Assembly (NCBI GenBank): GCA_964016885.1
Contig: OZ024750.1
Span: 2,294,001-2,358,000, forward strand
From: Eledone cirrhosa
Taxonomy: Eukaryota
Direction: 5' to 3'
Length of the DNA stretch: 64,000 nt
The position numbers and the translations under genes were made by a program. The notes under the pieces are model-generated. The model made no database searches. It saw only the letters and a list, made by a program, of their open reading frames with translations, and was not told the DNA's origin. Of the stretch, positions 51,409 to 63,770 are shown piece by piece; position 1 is the first letter of the stretch; every line of letters begins with the position of its first letter.

Positions 51409-54400
51409 GTATATCATACAGCTAACATATATTTTAGGAATGTAAAAGTGTCATTTTGAAAGTTTGTTTTCCTTTTGTTACGGCCAAACCTCGACAGGTT
51501 TTCATATACGGGGAAATGTTTATTAACAACAAAAACTGTTTGGGTTTTCATAAATGAAGAACTATATTTAAAAGGGTACAAGAACTGTTTGTGTTAGGGA
51601 CCTCCATATGTTTGTCTCTATTCAGATAACAAAATAAATCTAACATATATACTCCTTGTTTGGAGTCTACGAGGGTCAGCTGAAAAGTTTATAGGCTGAC
51701 CAAGATACTCATGAAATGAGGTTTATTTTTTAACATAGTCCCTGGAAAGAAATAAGGCAGTTATTAATAAGAAGAGTTGAAATTAATGTATGCAAGATTT
51801 CACAGCTCTAGCATCACTCCTTCATAGTCAGTCTACGAAGTTTTTAGCCCACCCGCGTAAACTAAATTGATTTGATTTAATATTGTGATTCCTTTTATTA
51901 TTTAAACATATTTATTAGCTTTCTAAATAGTTTATGTTTTAAACCTTGTTTTAGGAGAATCTTCGTGTAAAATAATAATTTATAACAGGAAAAACAAATC
52001 AGGTAGAATTCCAACTATTTTATTTCTGTTAAAATGGCCATGTGCTATACACGTGGAATAGTAACTGGTGTAACAGTTATATTGGGACTTAACCTACTAC
52101 CATGTAAACAAATCCATGTTAGTCACCTGTAGCGTAAAGACATTTCTATTAATATTTCTTAGCGAGGATTAAATACGTCTTTTTCCGTGTTCAAAAAACA
52201 TGAATTGTTTTTGCTTTTTTTATTTCCCTCGTCCGACTTCTCAACCGGTGTAAACCAAGACAGGTAATTTACGACAGTTTTGGAAAACAAATTTGTTGAA
52301 AACATTAAAAATGATATGAAAAAACATAATTTTCATCTTCAAAATACTAACTAAATCTATGAACTATCATTGAAATTATTTAAAAGAATGTGTGCTATTA
52401 TTTGTGACTGGGACTAAAGTCTGGAGCACGAAGGCTGATGAGGCCAGTGCTTATCCTGGTTTCCGTGGCGTGAAGCGACTCAGAGTAGAAGACTCCAGCC
52501 TGGACAGGACACCTATCCATCGCCTTGGGCCCCACATGGACTAGGTGCACTTTCTATTTAAGTCAGATAAGCTATCGTCGGAGAGTAAAGAAACTTATTC
52601 GGATGTATGATCTCATCATCGTTTAACGTCTATGGTGGCTGGATAATTAAACCATTTATATAAATTATTAGGCCCATAGTTAAAAATACAAGCAATTTCA
52701 CTGCTTGCCATAGACACTATTTTCCCTAGTTACTACATCTGGTTACACCCTTTGTTCAGAATCAGTGTTCAATGTCAGAGCCGTCATTGAAAACTTTTCT
52801 TTTCCTCTTATATTATCTACAGATGATAGTCATCATTGTAACGTCTGTTTCCCATATTTGCATGGGTTAGACAAGTCAAATAACTGTCTTGTTTGTACAC
52901 TGTGTTTTTGGCTTAATTACTATGGCTGGGTGTCCTCTCTAATGCCAGCCACATATAGCGTGTACTGGGAGTATTTTATTGTAACTCCAGCACAAACACC
53001 TTACAGAGTGGACTGGGTGTTTTTTTGTTTTGTTGTGACACCAGCACTGTTGCTTTACAGTGGAGACTGGGTACTTTTTATTGTGGTCCCAGCACTACCA
53101 CTTTACAGTGTGGACTAGGTACTTTTTATTGTGGTCCCAGCATTGCCACTTTATAGTGGAGACTAGGTACTTTTTATTGTGGTCCCAGCATTGCCACTTT
53201 ACAGTGGAGACTGGGTACTTTTTATTGTGGTCCCAGCACTACCCACTTTACAGTGGAGACTGGGTACTTTTTATTGTGGTACCAGCATTGTCACTTTATA
53301 GTGGAGACTAGGTACTTTTTATTGTGGTACCAGCACTGCCACTTTATAGTGGAGACTAGGTACTTTTTATTGTGGTCCCAGCATTGCCACTTTACAGTGG
53401 AGACTGGGTACTTTTTATTGTGGTACCAGCACTGCCACTTTATAGTGGAGACTGGGTACTTTTTATTGTGGTACCAGCATTGTCACTTTATAGTGGAGAC
53501 TAGGTACTTTTTATTGTGGTACCAGCACTGCCACTTTACAGTGGAGACTGGGTACTTTTTATTGTGGTACCAGCACTGCCACTTTATAGTGGAGACTGGG
53601 TACTTTTTATTGTGGTACCAGCATTGTCACTTTATAGTGGAGACTAGGTACTTTTTATTGTGGTACCAGCACTGCCACTTTATAGTGGAGACTAGGTACT
53701 TTTTATTGTGGTACCAGCACTGCCACTTTACAGTGGAGACTGGGTACTTTTTATTGTGGTACCAGCACTGCCATTTTACAGTGGAGACTGGGTACTTGTT
53801 ATTGTGGTACCAGCATTGTCACTTTATAGTTGAGACTGGGTACTTTTTATTGTGGTACCAGCACTGCCACTTTACAGTGGAGACTGGGTACTTTTTATTG
53901 TGGTACCAGCATTGTCACTTTATAGTGGAGACTAGGTACTTTTTATTGTGGTACCAGCACTCACTTTACAGTGGAGACTGGGTACTTTTTATTGTGGTAC
54001 CAGCACTGCCACTTTATAGTGGAGACTAGGTACTTTATAGTGGAGACTAGGTACTTTTTATTGTGGTACCAGCACTACTGCTTTTACAGAGTGGGCTGGA
54101 TTCATTTTTATCATGCACAAGCTCTCTGGAGGCATTAATGAGAGTATGAGAGATTAAGACAAACATTTTATCAGTTTTTATGTGTACTTTCTTATTTTGT
54201 CTGCATATATTGAAATGGATTTTATGTTTTTCTAGATTAAATGTCGCCTATCTGGTCATGAAATGTCATGTGATGTAAAAGTTGTGAACTGTTACCTTCA
54301 AGGAAAAAAACACAAAAGACTGAAAGCTCTTAATGATTATGACTTCGACAAATACAAACAACATCTTGTAGATAGTACAAAGAAATTTCCCAAGTAAGTA

Positions 54401-57334
54401 GTTTGGTTTTCTCTTTCAGGTTATTTGAATTCTTTGTCATTTCATACTTGTATAACACCTGTGCATCTTCTACATACAAAGTTTTTCCTTCCCATTAGTC
54501 TATCTGTTATCCCACTACATCTCTTGTATACCCAAGATTTACATTGTGTACATCGTATGGAGTTTGTGCTTACTCCTTTTCTACTTATTGAGCTGAGCCA
54601 CTTGTCTGAGGGAATCAGGGTCCTATCTTCTTTCCTACTCGCTAACACTTTAGTTTTGGCTAAGTTTACTCTCAGACCTTTTGATTCCAAATTCTGTTTC
54701 CATAGTCAGAACTTATTTTCTAGTTCTGTAATGACAAACTCTCTTTATTGTTCAAATCACTTCCACATATTTAATCCTGTGGTTTGTAGCTTTGTATTAT
54801 ACTATATTATATATACAGTTATTTGATGTAAATTGAAATAGCTGAAAGCCGTTTCATTATATATATCTTTTGTATTTCAGAAATCAACTGCTATGTTTAT
54901 TAACATCAAAATATATCAACAACAGACAACCTTCTATACAAAAGCATATTAATGGATGCAAATTCAAAAAGGCTTTTAAGAAATGTAAGTTTTTCTTTGT
55001 AATAATCAAAAGTGTCTTATAAATTATTATGGTCACCCACTCAAGGAAACTTGATGGTTCCTACATGAAGATGTTACATGTGGTCTACATTTCATGGCAG
55101 AATCACACTACCAACAAGGTTCTTTATGGTGATCTGCCACGAGTATCATCAAAAGTTTGATCCTGTCACTTGGCTTCTTGCTGGTCATGTTTCCCGCCAT
55201 GATGAACCTGCAGGGAAACTGTTTCTCTGGTCACCAGAATCAGATGCAAAGTGTCGAGCAGGACTCTGTTGACGAGGGACTCTGGCCTCCTCACTGAACG
55301 GGATCTTCTTGCTGTGATGAGAGATCTGGAAGTCTGGAACTTTGTGCAAGCTTCGATGGAGGGATAACTCCAGAAGTGTGAGTTCTGTAATGGGATAGTC
55401 TCTGTTTATCTTTTTCCTATATAAAACATGATCTTTAACTTTTAAAAAATACAGATTCATGTGAGGCATTTTGTAGAAAATCTAGTTCTTATTCTAAGTA
55501 ACATTGTGAAATGGAGTATGTTAAATTAAAAGCCCTGCGGTTAGATTATGAAATACCTGCTACATATTTTAACTAATAACATACACACTCATGAATCTTT
55601 AACCATTTCATGATCTTATGAAATACCCTTTATTTCAATTAACCTTTTCATGGAAGGAGTATATTTTTGTTTTATTTTGTAACACATTTTACAGGGGAAG
55701 AATGCCAAAAAGAGGGTAAGGAATATGTATATTTGAAGAAACAGAAACCTAATTGTCCAGAGAAGTTTGAGAATTTTGAAAATCCAAAAAAAAATAAGAA
55801 AAGGAATAAGAAACCAAAATATGAAGAAAATGAGGAAAAGGAAAGTGACAATGACAGCTTGAGTGATCTCTATCCTAGTAAGTAATGGTTTTATTCATTA
55901 AATCCTTCATGGCCATATTTCTAATGAAAGACACTACCTTTCATTGCCAAATCATTTTGAAAATAATCAAGGATTTGGTAATATAACCTTTTTCCATTCT
56001 TAAGCTGGGGTTTGGAGATTCTTACATAAAATTATGATGGAAGATTTTTAGATAATTATAAAAACTTTAGAGCAAACAGTTTTGTATCATAAAATGAAGT
56101 GCGATTTCAGGTAGTTTGTAATAAAAAAGAGTTATGATGCATTTTCACTTCATTAAGTAACATTTTGGTTGTTTGACCCTATATCAAGTAGATCTATATT
56201 CTAAAATATTGCTATTATCTATCGTATTCGTTTAGTTGTATGTAAGACTTCTATATCTAATATTTCCTGTTATATGAGATGGTAAGATTCAATTTCAGGG
56301 AAATTTGGCTGCTATTATATTTTCTGTAAAGTGGTCATGTAGGTGTCATGACAAAAAGCACTCGGCACACACTGTAAGTGTGATTGGTGTTAGGAAGGGC
56401 ATCCAGCCATAGAAACCAAGCCAAATCAGTTCTGTATGAGCAAGACACGATCATCTGACCTGGCTTGTCTCACAATGGAGCAACTCATGCTAGCATGAAA
56501 AAATGGACGTTAAACGGTCATGATGATGATATAGTTTGTTTTGATTTTGTATCACATTTAACAGAGGAAGAATCCCTGACTGATGGAAAGAAATCTGTAG
56601 TTTCAAAGAAACAGAAACCTAATCCTTCAGATAAGCTTGAAAAAACAAAAAAGAAAACAAAGTATGAAGAAAATAAGGAAGAGGAAAGTGACGACAGCTC
56701 AAGTGACCCCTGTCCCAGTAAGTGATTGTTTTATTCAGTTGATAGCATTTTCACTTCAATAAATGGGCATCAGGGTTGAACTAGGATTAAAACCCTAGGT
56801 CAACCCTGATCAATCAGGCTTAGAATCTAAGCCTTAGATATAAGGCATACCATCTGAGACCATTCCATATTTTTAGGACTATGTAAGACTACTGTATTTA
56901 ATGTTCTGTCCTTATGTAAGATCGGAGAATGTAATTTGATGGTAAATAATGTTGATGATGGTTGGATAACATCCATGAGCTTGGCTGGTCTTAATTGGAG
57001 ATGGTTGCTTCTGACAGGACCTGCTGGGAGGAGTGTTTGAGGAATAAGTGAGCAAAGAAGAGGGGCGACTTGTGGTTTTTCTAATCTAAGAATTCGATTA
57101 AATGATACATATAGTTTTGTTTTGTTTGGTCTTTGTGTGTATTTTACTGGCAGTGTAGTGAAAGGTAACAACCTAGTGTAAATTATTGCTGTAAATGTTT
57201 AACAATAAAAATGTTTGTTTTTATTTTTAACAGACAAAGAATTCCAGAAAAAGGACAAGGGTCATAAATCTGTAAATAAACGGAAACATGACTCTGAGAA
57301 TAACATTGGAAGAAAAAAGAAGAAAGCAACATGA
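51310..57334 (+). CDS. SURF2: Surfeit locus protein 2 homologue, 6 coding exons, 798 nt / 265 aa
   Basis: Exons 51310-51408, 54236-54393, 54881-54984, 55695-55877, 56565-56717, 57234-57334, all GT-AG and in phase. KIKCRLSGHEM, YLQGKKHKRL, QLLCLLTSKYIN..KHING.KFKKA, WEECQKEG and DSLSDLYP match SURF2. Confidence 0.9.
51670..51857. mobile_element. mariner-type MITE; other copies at about 14720-14898, 22455-22590, 28225-28420, 39425-39610, 63180-63320
   Basis: TA flanks; TIR CGAGGGTCAGCTGAAAAGTT resembles Hsmar2/irritans-type ends. Confidence 0.7.
53040..54090. repeat. 48-bp minisatellite (about 21 units), same ancestral segment
   Basis: Unit tacagtggagactgggtactttttattgtggtaccagcactgccactt. 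Confidence 0.95.
54236..54393 (+). CDS. SURF2: SURF2 exon 2 (IKCRLSGHEMSC...STKKFP)
   Basis: ttctag / gtaagt, phase 0-2. Confidence 0.92.
54440..54720 (-). mobile_element. RTE LINE fragment with Cys-rich insert
   Basis: ESKGLRVNLAKTKVL...NSIRCTQCKSWVYKRCSGI...FVCRRC. Confidence 0.75.
54881..54984 (+). CDS. SURF2: SURF2 exon 3 (NQLLCLLTSKYINN...KKAFKK)
   Basis: tttcag / gtaagt, phase 2-1. Confidence 0.92.
55695..55877 (+). CDS. SURF2: SURF2 exon 4 (WEECQKEGKEYV...DSLSDLYP)
   Basis: ttacag / gtaagt, phase 1-1. Confidence 0.9.
56565..56717 (+). CDS. SURF2: SURF2 exon 5, diverged tandem duplicate of exon 4
   Basis: taacag / gtaagt, phase 1-1, 153 nt open; paralogous to exon 4. Confidence 0.75.
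57234..57334 (+). CDS. SURF2: SURF2 last coding exon (KEFQKKDKG...RKKKKAT*)
   Basis: taacag acceptor, phase 1, TGA at 57332-57334; basic NLS-like tail. Confidence 0.8.
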
Positions 57335-58212
57335 CAGTTAAAGTGATCTCTTTCCATGTAAGTCATCATCATCATCACCATTTAACATCTATTTTCTATG
57401 TTTGCATGGCTTAGACTGAAGCTAGACGTTTTTACAATGTCATTATATGTTGACAAAGCTGCTAATGAATTAAATCTGCATTTGAAAGATCCCACGCATA
57501 TCCCAGTCACCTTTTTTAATGGGGATGCCTCAGCATGGCCTCAGCCACTCAGCTGGGACATGTAAAAGGGTAAACAGATGATGTGCTCCTCTTAACATAT
57601 GGTTCCTCTGGCAACTACTGAAGATGCTGGTACTTTTAGTACCTTCAGCCAGCCCTGGTAATTTACAATATCTCTGATCTTCATAAATAAAATGTTAAAG
57701 TGCTTGGAAATTATTTAACCTCGGTGGAGATTAATGCTGTTTTCATGAAATTGTCATAATTTAAACTTTTATATTCCCAAATTAGTAATATTTCAATATC
57801 GTCTCTTCTTTTGTAGCCAACTGAAACATCTCTGAATCTGAAGACTCCTTGCCTGTATATTTTTTACTCATAAAAATTACAATTATTCATAAACTGGAAT
57901 TTATTTTTATTTCTTGGCTTTTAATTATTTCAATGAAGAATGTTTGGTTCTATTTATTTGTACTTATTACAGAAATTTGTGAAGGTGTGTGGTTTGAGTG
58001 GAGTTGCGATGTCACTGGTGGCAAGTTGTATTTGATTTGGACAACATCGGTGACTGGTATACATGGGTAACTTCTGGTCTTTCACAAACACACTTTACCT
58101 GGGCTTCTACCTCATTTGTTTTGTAAAGACATTGCACAAAACATCCTTTTGACAGTGAAACATTATATATATAGTACTAGGGGTTGATATGACTAAGGCA
58201 GTGAACCTTGTC

Positions 58213-58457
58213 TTAACCCTTTCATTACTGTATTTCTAATAAAATACACTGTGTTTCAATTAATTTTGAAAATAACCAAAAATAATTTGGAGGAATTTAA
58301 TAAATTGACTTCAGTTTTCCATATGTAAGATATTTAGAGCATTATTTAATAAAAATGTCTACAATAAAATTATAATGGAAGGTTTTAATATAAAGATAAT
58401 CATTTTACAAAGTTTTATATCATAAAATTCAGGACAGTTTGATATGAAAAGCATTAA
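58213..58457. mobile_element. Second, older TTAA/CCC MITE family; related copies at about 55900-56132 and 62430-62642
   Basis: TTAACCCTTTC start and shared internal aaattatgatggaagg motif. Confidence 0.5.
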
Positions 58458-59825
58458 TGCTGACTAAAATATTCCAGAGTTTGTAGACACTAATGCTAAG
58501 AGCCAACTGCTCTTGTCTCAGGAAGAATGGCTCTATGCATGGTTATTGGACATTGACTGGGATGTTGCTTTCGTTACCACTGCTGAGAACCTACAGAGCC
58601 TCCAATACTGTGAGGACATTCCAATCATATTCATCACCTTACAAGGAATTATTCATAATTGATGTTAAGTTCTCTTTTGTGACAAACCTCAAACTTCTTG
58701 AGCAAAAAACAATTGCTTGTTACTGCAAATTGCTACAAGTTCTGAAGAGAAAAATACCAAACAACCTGATTTTACAATACAAAACTGTTTATATTTATCT
58801 AAAAACCTTACATCACAAATACAATTTATGTTTTAAAAACAAGAGAGAAATGTGAGAAGACACTCAGTCACACATCACAACACGGGCTGGAGTTTCCTTT
58901 AATAGTTTTTGGGGCAACTCAACACAGTTGCAACATTGCTGTGAGTGATAGTGAAGCTAAGACTCTGGAATAACCAATCACCTTCATGGAAATCACCTGA
59001 GACATCGATGAGGTGAGCCACAAACAATGACAGGAACCTCATTAGCAGTGGCCCAGTTCCTTCACAGCTGATAATTATTGGTATTTTAGGATTCTATAAT
59101 TTTCAACTACAATTGCATTGATCCTTATCTTTGTTGCATCATTGAGGATATGTGAAAGAGTTGCTAATTGTGATGTCCCAAATGAGACATCTACCTCTTA
59201 GGGGCAAATACTAAGACCTGGCCTCTTCCTACTACTCCATGGACATTCCAACTAGCTCCAGAATTGAAGGAGTAGATACTCGAGCCAGAGCCTGTTTGAT
59301 AATTAGGATCAGTTCGGTATAACGAACAAAGTGACCAGTGTCCAGACAGCAAGACTGTTGTAAGGGAAAGGCGTAAGCTTGCTGGTCCTTTTAAATCTTT
59401 GATCTTGTCTAGAGGGGATATATCTATGAGAGCCCTACCTACCTAACCTCTGACCAGAAAACCTAGGACGCCTACCTGAGTTCAAACCACAGGTATGTCC
59501 ACTCATCAAGACAGAAAAAGAAATATGACTACACTGCTAGTCCTACATATGCGACATCACTCAGCAACGAGTCCAGTGACATCAGAATGTAAAAGGACAT
59601 AACTCTATGCCGCAAACCATGATGTCTGATACTCTTATTGGCCAAATGGTCTGGAGGTCTATTTTACCGGGACCGGCAAAATAGCCTCTTGATTTTTTTT
59701 TTTTTACGTAAACTACTAAAAAAAATCATTCGTACGTGCCTCCTGTAAAAAACTCAATGTGTGTGTGTATATACATATACACATGTGACCCTGTCCGACT
59801 GCTCTTCTGTATCAATTACCTCCCT

Positions 59826-59858
59826 TATAAGCTGAACTCTTCTAAAATTATTTCAGTT
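59826..59858 (+). promoter_or_regulatory. TATA-like box and Inr upstream of CACYBP
   Basis: TATAA at 59826-59830 and TCAGTT at 59853-59858 (A+1 is 29 nt from the TATA T); ATG at 59920. Confidence 0.45.
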
Positions 59859-59919
59859 TCAGTAATTAATGCGACAGTAGCAAGTGTTAAGAGAAAGAGA
59901 CATTTAATAATTAGCAACA

Positions 59920-59940
59920 ATGCCTAGAAAATTAGAAGAC
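59920..59940 (+). CDS. CACYBP: CACYBP exon 1
   Basis: ATG plus gac|gtaagt donor, phase 0; similar to the short vertebrate first exon. Confidence 0.8.
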
Positions 59941-62900
59941 GTAAGTACGGAGACAATCTTAGCCATTATATTGTCATTCCTTTATTTAACATTATATTTC
60001 TTCTTTAATTTTTCTTCAAATCTTTATTAATTTCCCTATTTACTTTTTATCCTATTTCTCTGCTTAACATCAGTTTTTTTTTTTTTGTTTTTTTAGAAAT
60101 AATTAGTAAATCGATTTTTTAATTTATTTACAACAAAACATTTTAATACTGATTTATTTGATATCAAATATTGGTCTTGGAATTATATATTTTAATAGTA
60201 CTCTATGGTGTGATTTTCTAGAAAGATCGACAGAAACTCTCTACAGACACAGAACAACGTGTTTTGATGATTTAAAAATATATATATAATTAATTAAAGT
60301 ATATTCCCCTGAAATTAACTACAATCACACGTGTTTTATATAAACATAGAAAGTGGCGAAGAAAGGAGAGTTTAGACGTTTCTAGAAAAAGATGTGTAAC
60401 AAATAAAAAAATATCTAAATATTTAACAAAAGTGAAACTTGTGGTTCCTTATACGTTGTTGGATGTTTTCACTGTCATACATTGTTTTTATAACATTCTT
60501 TAGTATCTATTTAACTCTACAATAATGAATTAGTACCAGACAGCGGATCAGTATAAAAGTCTACTTAGATTTCAAATGAAAAGTTGATGATTTACCAATA
60601 TTTTTGATTTCTTGACGAAATATTTCTTCTCTTTAATTTTCTTGTCCCAGAAAAATTCTTCCTGAAAGTTCTTTAATTTCAGACTTCCATGTCTGTTTTT
60701 TGTTGAAATGTTTATTTTAATGACGAGACCATGTTAATACATTTGAATTGTTCGTGTCTTTTTTAATAGAATTTGACTCTTTTGAAAGTTTATTCTGTAT
60801 ATGAATATTAAAAAGAGTGTAATCTTACTGAATATATGCATAATTGCAATATATATATATATAGAAAGGCTTCTACAGGACTAGAACTGTTTCATTCGGT
60901 AGACCGGGATAAACTTGTATATATATATATATAGCTCTGTAGCTTACATAGAGCACTCTCCTTTCCTTTACCCTTCCTACGGAAATACTTTATATATATA
61001 TATATAGTTAACTATTTTGGTTTTCACCGAAACGTAGTTTCATTTTAGCTTATTTACTTCCAAAGAAACTAATTTTTATTTTGTATTTTACGCCCTTTTA
61101 AAATGAAAATATGTTTACATTAAGTATATGTTGTTTATAAGGAGGAAGATTTCATTACAAATGCTAATATAGATGAGTCTAGGGAAATTGCTTCCATTAG
61201 TCTTTCCATTGCTGATACTATCTTCCGATTGCAACTCCCTGCCAGAAACACCATCACTTTTACGGTAACAAGAGGCCGGATTTGAACTCCGAACATCAGA
61301 ACCGAAGCAGTTAACTGAACACATCCCAAATTGTTGAAAATGAAAGGGTTTTTCATAGAAATCACAGTATAAAGGTTACTTGGTTGAAAGTGAAAGTGTA
61401 TTTCATGGAAATTGAAGTATAAGGTTATTGAACTAGCAGTGAAGGAGTGTGTGTGTGTGTGTGTGTGCATTTTTTGTAAATTGACAAAATTACTTGGAAA
61501 TGAATTAAAGGGAATTAAACCTGGAACTACAATGATTCCATTCCATTAGTACACAACATTCTAGGGCTTTCTTGTATCTTTAATATTTCTTCTAAAAATG
61601 TTTTACTCTAAAGTGAAACTGGCATCAAGCCAGTGTCTGATTTTGGTGAAGAACAAAGAACACAGGTGAGTTTAGAGAGAAACTGGGTATAGGGTGAATC
61701 AGATGTAATGTGCAGGAGATAAGGTTGTAATTCTAAGGACCTGCAGTGTGTATGGAGGATGGCAATTTGGAAATAAATTACCAAGAGATCCAAGTGGAAG
61801 GAAGCTGTGTAAGAATGCCTGGATAGATACATTCTATGCAGAGGAGAGAGAAATACATTGTTGTCGATATAATGAACTTTTACTACTTTTTTTTTGTGGT
61901 AGCTACTCTACTTTTGGTACTAATCACCTAGCAGAAACTTATCATTTGTTTTACACAATTTTTGGCAGGTTCAAAAGGATATTGAAGAAATCAAAGTACT
62001 TAAAGAGAAAGCTGAAAGAACGTATGTAAGGAATCTTCTTCAATCAGAGTTAGAGAAACTGCAAACAGAACTTTCTGGGGTGAAAGAAAGTTTGAATAAA
62101 AATGAAATTGAAGTGACAACCAATTCTCAAAGCCGTTGTGTGACTGTTGAGTTGACCACTTACGGTGAGTTTATTTATATTATATATATGTATATTATCA
62201 GGATGGGGGTTTGGCAGTATTGATAGAGCGCCGGACACCCTGCTTTGCAGCACAGTGTTATGGCCCTTTACATACGGTTAGCTTTGCCATTCATCCTCAC
62301 GGGGTTGATAAAATAAAGTACCCTGTAAGGTGGTCATTTCAGTGCCACAATAAAAAGCATCCAATCCACATTGTAAAGTGGTGTTAGAAAGGACATCCAA
62401 CCATAGAAACCAACCCAAAATACAGATCCATATTTTTGAATAATGGTAGCCTCTTAAAAGAAGTTAAAATTTGGTAAGATTTAGTAATATTAACTTTCTG
62501 ATTGTTAAACTGGTATTTTGAGCCTAAGTTAACAAAGGTTCTTGCATGAAATTATGTTGGAAGGTTTTTTTATGTAAACATAGGTAGAAATAAACAACTC
62601 AATATCATAAAATTTGGGGCAGTTTGGTATGAGAAAGGTTAAATTTTTTGTATAATATTTACATATTCTCTTTCAGGTTGGGATCAATCCAATAAATTTA
62701 TGAAAATATATATTGCCATCAAAAATATCCAGCAACTAACTAATGAAAACATAACATGCAATTTTCAAGAGAAGTAAGTGGAACTGTTTTATATTTTGGT
62801 TGGTTTTATTTTTAAATTATGGTAACCTTTTAAAAGAAGTTAAATCTATTTTATTAATGGATTGGCAGTATCGGTAGAGCGCCAGACACCCTCATTTGTA

Positions 62901-63770
62901 GCATAGTTACGTCCCTTTATGTTCTGAGTTCAAATCCAGCTGAGGTTAGCTTTGCCTTTCATCCTTACAGGGTCGATAAAATAAAGTACCAGTAATACAC
63001 TGGGGGTGATTTAATCGACTTTCCCCTCTCTTGCTGGCCTTGTGGTTATATTGGAAATCATTATTATTTATTTAATATCTTTTAGTTGTGTCAAGGACAT
63101 GACAACCTCTTAGTGCTGGTTGAGAGAACCCTTCAGTTTGTGTTAAAAATCACAATAATCCTCATATGAATGTATGAGAGTTAATTGGCTGACCAAATGA
63201 GTTTTATTGTTCAACATATCCTTGGAAAGAAATAATGCAGTTATTAATAAGCAGAGTTGAAATTAATGCTCTAGCATCACTCCTTCATAGTCAGCCTATA
63301 CATTTTTCAGTCCACCCTTGAATGTAACCATTGCTATTATGATAAAAAACTTATATAAATATATGTATGAAATGTTTAGTTAATATGTATTAAAATTTAC
63401 ATAGATATATGTGTGTGTATATATATCATCATCATTTTACATCAGCTTTTCCCTGCTTGCAAGGGTGGGACGGGTCCTATTCAGCACAGCATCTCTCCAC
63501 TTGTCATGGTCCTTCGTGATCTTCAGCGATCTGAGGTCTGCTCTCACCACCTCCGCCCATGTTTTTCGTATATACTCTTTTACTCTATTACCCATCCGGC
63601 TGAGGCCATGTAATATGATGTGTTTTGACTTTAGATAATATGTATTAAAATTTAAAACTATTTTTCATAGATCTTTGGATTTAACTGTTTCAAATCTTGA
63701 TAACAAAAACTACCATTTCAATGTGAAGAAGCTGGCTGGCGTTATCATACCATCGGAGAGCTACTTCAAG
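59920..63770 (+). CDS. CACYBP: Calcyclin-binding protein / Siah-interacting protein, exons 1-4 (3' partial)
   Basis: Exons 59920-59940 (MPRKLED), 61969-62164 (VQKDIEEIKVLKEKAER...), 62677-62773 (GWDQSNKFMKIYI...) and 63671-63770 (SLDLTVSNLDNKNYHF...). YGWDQS opens the CS domain. Confidence 0.92.
61969..62164 (+). CDS. CACYBP: CACYBP exon 2 (Siah-interacting N-terminal helices)
   Basis: tggcag / gtgagt, phase 0-1. Confidence 0.92.
62677..62773 (+). CDS. CACYBP: CACYBP exon 3 (CS domain)
   Basis: tttcag / gtaagt, phase 1-2. Confidence 0.92.
63671..63770 (+). CDS. CACYBP: CACYBP exon 4 (CS domain)
   Basis: tcatag / gttagt, phase 2-0. Confidence 0.9.

Noticed and set aside
52435-52520. CTGATGA hammerhead candidate
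   Set aside because: No correctly placed GAAA or stems; looks like an antisense SINE body.
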